In this document: positions 59,613 to 64,000 of the stretch, in pieces
Position numbering within the stretch: the first letter of the stretch is position 1
Layout: each line of letters starts with the position of its first letter
NCBI GenBank assembly: GCA_947499715.1
Contig: CANMPL010000008.1
Location: forward strand, 56,507-120,506
Length of the DNA stretch: 64,000 nt
Origin: an uncultured Rhodobacteraceae bacterium
Lineage (GTDB): Bacteria > Pseudomonadota > Alphaproteobacteria > Rhodobacterales > Rhodobacteraceae
Direction: 5' to 3'
Notes under the pieces: model-generated
The model's input: the letters and a program-made list of their open reading frames with translations, nothing else
Databases searched by the model: none
What the model was told of the DNA's origin: nothing
Program-made: the position numbers and the translations under genes

Positions 59613-60784
59613 CCCTTGACCGGCTGCGCCCGCTCGACCAACCGCGCAAAGAACGACGCGCCATAGGCCGCCGTTTCATCATCAAAATCGTAAGCCGGGT
59701 GATGCAGCCCCGCACTATCGCCATTGCCGACCCAAAGGTAGGCACCAGGGCGCTTGTTCAGCAGATAGGAAAAATCCTCTGCCCCCATTTCCGGCACATA
59801 ATCATCAGCGACATTGGCATCCCCCGCAATCTCGCGCGCGACTTCGACAGCAAAGGCGGTCTTGTCGGCATCATTGATCGTCGCAGGATAGCCCACGTCA
59901 ATCTCGAGCTTGGCCTGCACACCGAATGACGCCGCTTGGCCTGCAACAATCTCACCAATCCGGCGATGCGCCATCGCCTGTACATCTGTATTAAAGGTGC
60001 GGATCGTGCCGTTGATATAGGCTGTCTCGGGCGTCACATTATTGACCGTTCCAGTGTGGATTTGCGTCACCGAGATCACCAGCGCGTGTCGCGTATCATG
60101 GTTCCGGCTGACAATTGTTTGCAGCGCCTGCACCATGCCAGCAGCCGCGACAACCGGATCAATACAAACGTGATTATAGGCCGCATGGCCGCCCTTGCCG
60201 GTGATATGCACCTCAAAGGTATCAACCGCTGCCATGATCGGCCCCGGACAGGTATAAAACTGCCCCACCGGAACACCCGGCCCATTGTGCAGCGCATAAA
60301 CCTCGCCCACATCGAACCGGTCAAGGATCCCCTCTTGCACCATCACATTGCCGCCGCCGCCCTCTTCTTCAGCGGGTTGAAAGATCAGCGCCACGCGACC
60401 CGAAAAGTTCCGCGTTTCGGCCAGATATTGTGCCGCCCCCAGCAGCATCGTGGTGTGCCCGTCATGGCCGCAGGCGTGCATCATGCCATCGACCTTGCTG
60501 GCGTACGCCAGCCCCGTCACCTCTGACATCGGCAGGGCATCCATATCGGCCCGCAGGCCAATCGTCGGCCCCGCGCCCTTGCCATTGATAATCGCCACGA
60601 TGCCGCTTTCCGCGATGCCTTCGTGAATTTCATCCACCCCAAAGGCGCGCAGCTTTTCAGCCACAAACGCCGCCGTCTTGTGACAGTCAAACATCAGCTC
60701 TGGCATGGTGTGCAGATGCCTGCGCCACGTCTTCATCTCGTCGGCATATCCGGCAATCCGGTTCACAACTGGCATGGCCTTCAC
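59609..60784 (-). CDS. M20D-family amidohydrolase (hippurate hydrolase / N-acyl-amino-acid amidohydrolase-like)
   Basis: HACGHDGH metal motif and FQPAEE. 391 aa. Confidence 0.88.
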   Translation of the reverse strand: MKAMPVVNRIAGYADEMKTWRRHLHTMPELMFDCHKTAAFVAEKLRAFGVDEIHEGIAESGIVAIINGKGAGPTIGLRADMDALPMSEVTGLAYASKVDGMMHACGHDGHTTMLLGAAQYLAETRNFSGRVALIFQPAEEEGGGGNVMVQEGILDRFDVGEVYALHNGPGVPVGQFYTCPGPIMAAVDTFEVHITGKGGHAAYNHVCIDPVVAAAGMVQALQTIVSRNHDTRHALVISVTQIHTGTVNNVTPETAYINGTIRTFNTDVQAMAHRRIGEIVAGQAASFGVQAKLEIDVGYPATINDADKTAFAVEVAREIAGDANVADDYVPEMGAEDFSYLLNKRPGAYLWVGNGDSAGLHHPAYDFDDETAAYGASFFARLVERAQPVKG

Positions 60785-60832
60785 TCCCCTGGCTCGTTAG
60801 CTTCAGACAACACCAGCAAGGACGCTTTCGCA

Positions 60833-61648
60833 ATGCCTGACGACGACCCCCTGATCCACGATCCCGACGGCGGCATGCCGCGCCTTTTGGAAATCATGCG
60901 CCGGTTGCGTGACCCCGAAACCGGTTGCCCCTGGGATATCGAACAGGACTTCGACAGCATCGCGCCCTACACCATTGAAGAAGCATACGAGGTCGCCGAC
61001 GCGATCCAGCGCCGCGACTTTGCTGAACTTGAGGGCGAGCTGGGGGATCTGCTGCTGCAATCGGTCTACCACACGCAAATGGGCGAAGAGGCCGGGCATT
61101 TCACTTTTGACACCGTCGTCAAGAATATCTCTGACAAGATGGTCGCCCGCCACCCGCACGTCTTTGGCGACGAATCGCGCGACAAAAGCGCCGAACAGCA
61201 AACCGCCGATTGGGAGGCGATCAAAGCCAAGGAACGCAGCCGCAAGGCCGAAACCCGCACCCTTGACGGCGTGGCCCTTGGCCTGCCCGCGCTCATGCGC
61301 GCGGTCAAACTGCAAAAGCGTGCCGCCCGCGTCGGCTTTGACTGGCCCGACGTGTCCCACGTCATCGATAAGCTGCAAGAGGAAGCGGCCGAACTGGTCG
61401 AAGCCCGCGATACCCTCACCCATGACGCCATGACCGAGGAATACGGCGATATGCTGTTTGTGATGGCCAACCTCGCGCGGCACCTCAAGATCGACCCCGA
61501 AGAAGCGCTGCGTGCCGCCAACGCCAAATTCACCCGCCGGTTTGAAGCAATCGAAGACGCGCTGGCAGCACAGGGGCGCAAACCTGCCGACAGTGACCTT
61601 GCCGAAATGGACGCGCTTTGGGACGCGGCGAAAATCGCCGAAAAATAA
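60833..61648 (+). CDS. mazG: Nucleoside triphosphate pyrophosphohydrolase MazG
   Basis: Two MazG EExxE repeats (IEEAYEVADA, LQEEAAELVEA) and GCPWD. The ATG at 60833 is preferred; the listed 60623 start reads through the divergent promoter. Confidence 0.92.
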   Translation: MPDDDPLIHDPDGGMPRLLEIMRRLRDPETGCPWDIEQDFDSIAPYTIEEAYEVADAIQRRDFAELEGELGDLLLQSVYHTQMGEEAGHFTFDTVVKNISDKMVARHPHVFGDESRDKSAEQQTADWEAIKAKERSRKAETRTLDGVALGLPALMRAVKLQKRAARVGFDWPDVSHVIDKLQEEAAELVEARDTLTHDAMTEEYGDMLFVMANLARHLKIDPEEALRAANAKFTRRFEAIEDALAAQGRKPADSDLAEMDALWDAAKIAEK

Positions 61649-61692
61649 CCTGACTAAATAATTCAGGTATTGACCCGACTAAAAGACTCAGG
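61649..61692. promoter_or_regulatory. Two tandem TGA-N9-TCA-like boxes upstream of the iron-binding-protein gene
   Basis: CCTGACTAAATAATTCAGG (5-bp inverted arms, TGA-N9-TCA) at 61649-61667, and CGACTAAAAGACTCAGG at 61676-61692. They share ACTAAA..A.TCAGG and flank a TTGAC. Confidence 0.4.
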
Positions 61693-61731
61693 CTTAAAGC
61701 CGGCATCGAAACTTCAACTGGAGACACTCCC

Positions 61732-62736
61732 ATGTCCATCCGCGCCATTTGTCTGGCCAGCACTGCCATCGCCCTTGCGGCCCCCGCCTTTGCCGACGTC
61801 ACCGTCTACACCACCCGTCAGCCCGACCTGATCCAGCCCGTCATGGATGCCTTCACCGCAGACACCGGCATTGCTGTTGATCTGCAGTTCGTCGAAGACG
61901 GTCTGGTAGAGCGCCTGACGACCGAAGGCGCGCGGTCCCCTGCGGATCTGGTGATGACCGTGGATATCGCCAACCTGTCGCGCGTTGTGGATGCGGGCGT
62001 TGTGCAATCGGTGGACAGTGACGTGCTGACATCTGCTGTCCCCGCCAACCTGCGCGGCGAAAACAACGACTGGTTCGCCCTGACCGAACGCGCGCGTATC
62101 GTCTATGCCTCCAAGGACCGAGTGGCCGATGGCGAAATCACCACTTACGAAGACCTTGCTGACCCCAAATGGGCAGGCCGCATCTGCACCCGCTCTGGCC
62201 TGCACAACTATAACCTTGCCTTGATGTCCGCCGTGATTGCGACACACGGCGAAGAGGCTGCCAAAGAATGGGCCGCAGGCGTCAAAGCCAACCTTGCCCG
62301 CACGCCACAAGGCAACGACCGCGCGCAGGTCAAAGCGATCTGGGCCGGCGAATGCGATATCTCCTTGGGCAACACCTATTACATGGGCAAGATGCTGCAG
62401 AATGAAGAACAGATCCCATGGGCCAACGCCGTACGCATCACCTTCCCCGTGTTTGAAGGCGGCGGCACTCATATCAATGTCTCTGGCATCGCGCTGACCA
62501 AATCTTCGCGCAACACAGAAGAGGCGATCCAGTTGATGGAATACCTCGTCTCACCCACGGCGCAGGCAATCTATGCCGAAGAAAACAGCGAATACCCCGT
62601 TCTCGCCGATGCAGCGGTGTCAGAGATCGTGGCCAGCTGGGGCTCGTTCGAAGCGGATGATGTGTCCCTGACAGAACTGGCCGGTCATCGCGCCACCGCT
62701 CTGCGCATCATGGAAGAGGTCGACTTCGACGGCTGA
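61732..62736 (+). CDS. Fe(3+) ABC transporter periplasmic substrate-binding protein (FbpA/AfuA-like)
   Basis: A signal peptide and the pattern VYTTRQPDL ... W.GRICTRSG ... NTYYMG, which is typical of ferric-binding proteins. No permease or ATPase gene is adjacent. Confidence 0.8.
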   Translation: MSIRAICLASTAIALAAPAFADVTVYTTRQPDLIQPVMDAFTADTGIAVDLQFVEDGLVERLTTEGARSPADLVMTVDIANLSRVVDAGVVQSVDSDVLTSAVPANLRGENNDWFALTERARIVYASKDRVADGEITTYEDLADPKWAGRICTRSGLHNYNLALMSAVIATHGEEAAKEWAAGVKANLARTPQGNDRAQVKAIWAGECDISLGNTYYMGKMLQNEEQIPWANAVRITFPVFEGGGTHINVSGIALTKSSRNTEEAIQLMEYLVSPTAQAIYAEENSEYPVLADAAVSEIVASWGSFEADDVSLTELAGHRATALRIMEEVDFDG

Positions 62737-62765
62737 TCCCGGACTGGGGGTTTTGCACCCCCAGA

Positions 62766-62796
62766 CCCCCGCAGGATATTTCAAAACCAAAGAAAG
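62766..62796 (+). repeat. Dispersed 3'-end repeat, copy E (second module)
   Basis: CCCCCGCAGGATATTTCAAAACCAAAGAAAG, preceded by the GC hairpin CTGGGGG-ttttgca-CCCCCAG (62744-62764) in place of the AT-rich palindrome. Confidence 0.65.
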
Positions 62797-62820
62797 CAGG
62801 TCATCCGTGGCCTGCTTTTT
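62793..62820 (+). terminator. Rho-independent terminator after the iron-binding-protein gene
   Basis: AAAGCAGGTCA-tccg-TGGCCTGCTTT followed by TT; 11 bp with one G-U pair. Confidence 0.7.
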
Positions 62821-62878
62821 GCTTGTGTGTGATCCGCAGGCTGGGCAATCTGCGCACCATCTGACAGGGACATCCGCC

Positions 62879-63604
62879 ATGGACATCAAGACCACAAAGG
62901 CCATCGTCACCGGCGGCGCATCCGGCCTTGGGGCTGCCACCGCCGAGGCGTTGATTGCAGCAGGCGCGCAGGTCACGGTCTTTGATCTGTCCCCCGGCGG
63001 CGCCGATTTCGCGGCCAGGATCGGCGCGTTCTATGCCGCAGTGGACGTGACGGACGAGGCGCGCGTGGTCAAGGGGCTGGAAAATGCCGTGGACGCCATG
63101 GGCGGGCTGAATGCGGTGGTGAATTGCGCGGGCATTGCCACCACCGAAAAGACCCTTGGTCGCGATGGCCCGCATGCGCAATCCAGCTTTGACCGCACCC
63201 TCAAGATCAATCTCTCTGGCACGTTCAACGTCTGCCGTCTTGCCGCCCCTGTCATGTCCGGTGGGGTCTTTGTGAACACCGCCTCTGTCGCCGCCTTTGA
63301 CGGGCAAAAGGGTCAGGCCGCCTATGCCGCCTCGAAATCCGGCATCGCCGGGTTGTCCCTGCCGATGGCCCGCGATCTGGCCCGCAACGGCATCCGCGTC
63401 ATGGCCGTGGCCCCAGGCATCTTTCGGACCCCGATGCTGGAAGGATTGGGGCAAGAGGTTATGGATGGCCTCGCCGCTGACGTCGTCTACCCGCCCCGTC
63501 TGGGCGCGCCTGCGGAATTCGCGGCCCTCGTGCAGCACATCATCGAAAACGACTACCTCAATGGCACCACGATCCGGCTGGATGGCGCGCTGCGGATGCC
63601 CTGA
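62879..63604 (+). CDS. Short-chain dehydrogenase, 3-hydroxyacyl-CoA dehydrogenase type-2-like
   Basis: MDIKTTKAIVTGGASGLG (TGxxxGxG) and catalytic YAASKSG. The ATG at 62879 is preferred over the listed read-through at 62753. Confidence 0.88.
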   Translation: MDIKTTKAIVTGGASGLGAATAEALIAAGAQVTVFDLSPGGADFAARIGAFYAAVDVTDEARVVKGLENAVDAMGGLNAVVNCAGIATTEKTLGRDGPHAQSSFDRTLKINLSGTFNVCRLAAPVMSGGVFVNTASVAAFDGQKGQAAYAASKSGIAGLSLPMARDLARNGIRVMAVAPGIFRTPMLEGLGQEVMDGLAADVVYPPRLGAPAEFAALVQHIIENDYLNGTTIRLDGALRMP

Positions 63605-63610
63605 AGAATT

Positions 63611-63714
63611 GGTTAACGTCGCATGGTTAAGGGCGCCGCGTTAATCCCCGGTCATCGGGAAATCATATGCATGGTATGTGTATGCGATGTGCATCGCTTG
63701 TGCATGCGTTAACC
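63611..63714. other. Structured AT-richer element in a convergent intergenic gap (candidate sRNA or protein-binding array)
   Basis: The outer arms GGTTAACG (63611-63618) and CGTTAACC (63707-63714) are complementary. An inner hairpin GCGATG-tg-CATCGC lies at 63684-63697. GTTAA occurs at 63612, 63626 and 63640 with a 14-nt period, and again at 63708. TGTGCAT occurs at 63688 and 63699. Confidence 0.3.
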
Positions 63715-63736
63715 CGCCATGCCCCGCGCCGTTCAT

Positions 63737-64000
63737 CTACGATTCGCTGGCTTTTTCTTCCAGCGCCAGCCACTCGTCCTCTGACGCGGCCAAGGTGGTT
63801 TGCCGTTCGACCAGCGCATCGGTGGCCTTTTGAAACTTCGCGGGTGACTTGGTGAACAATTCGGGATCCGCCAGCAGTTCTTCCAGCTTGGCAATCTCTG
63901 CCGACAACCTGTCAATCACGCCGGGCAGCTCTGCCAAACGGTGCTTTTCGGTAAAGGACATCTTGCCATTCTGCTTTGGCGCGTCTTTGGCTTTATCCTT
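63737..64000 (-). CDS. ABC-F family ATPase (Uup-like), C-terminal coiled-coil part only; the gene continues beyond the window
   Basis: The frame stays open to nt 64000 (KDKAKDAPKQNGK precedes the listed Met). The tail LSFTEKHRLAELPGVIDRLSAEIAKLEELLADPELF is typical of Uup/ABC-F proteins. Confidence 0.75.
   Translation of the reverse strand, partial: KDKAKDAPKQNGKMSFTEKHRLAELPGVIDRLSAEIAKLEELLADPELFTKSPAKFQKATDALVERQTTLAASEDEWLALEEKASES

Noticed and set aside
63612-63644. CtrA-type binding sites, because of the repeated TTAA.
   Set aside because: The CtrA consensus is TTAA-N7-TTAA. Here the spacers are 10 nt (a 14-nt period), and the region lies between two gene 3' ends rather than in a promoter.
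1-64000. A search for CRISPR arrays, IS elements or transposases, integrases, phage genes, toxin-antitoxin pairs, and known defence-system hallmarks (nucleases, helicases or ATPases in accessory context).
   Set aside because: I could recognise none in any frame. The only mobile-looking structure is the recombinase-less cassette at 33189-34085. I therefore do not claim a defence island or prophage.

Overview
This is a gene-dense, high-GC chromosomal segment. Its gene content and motifs fit a marine Rhodobacteraceae (roseobacter-type) alphaproteobacterium: a VPLPA-CTERM sorting signal, a GTTC-N7-GTTC SOS box, a hemA-type ALA synthase, and holC-pepA divergent from lptF-lptG-lptD-surA-pdxA-rsmA. 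I can support about 60 protein genes and two identical tandem tRNA-Asp(GUC) genes. I found no rRNA, CRISPR array, IS/transposase or integrase.

Most of the window is housekeeping:
- Valine catabolism: mmsA, then acyl-CoA dehydrogenase, HIBCH and mmsB.
- DNA repair and replication: uvrA with an SOS box, holC, mazG.
- Central metabolism: lpdA, ispG, hemA, pdxA.
- Translation: prfA-prmC, prfB, queA, rsmA.
- Envelope and cell shape: PBP1A, AmiC-type amidase, an M23 peptidase plus bactofilin pair, a RodZ-like protein, lptFGD, surA, an AsmA/YhdP-like protein, DsbA.
- Several transporters and peptidases.

I did not find a convincing multi-gene novel system such as a defence island. The features most worth a second look are:
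1. A single-gene, low-GC cassette (a MepA-like LAS metallopeptidase) flanked by perfect 41-bp direct repeats that duplicate the 3' end of the amidase gene.
2. A 3.2-kb four-gene islet that splits the valine operon. It encodes a cupredoxin, a VPLPA-CTERM surface protein and a leaderless leishmanolysin-like metzincin. The last two are divergent and share a leader motif.
3. A bipartite dispersed repeat family that sits immediately 3' of stop codons, seen in five copies.
4. A structured, AT-richer element in a convergent intergenic gap (63611-63714).
5. A tightly coupled operon encoding an amidohydrolase, a transaminase and two ureohydrolases.

All functional calls come from reading motifs in the supplied translations. 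No database search was run.
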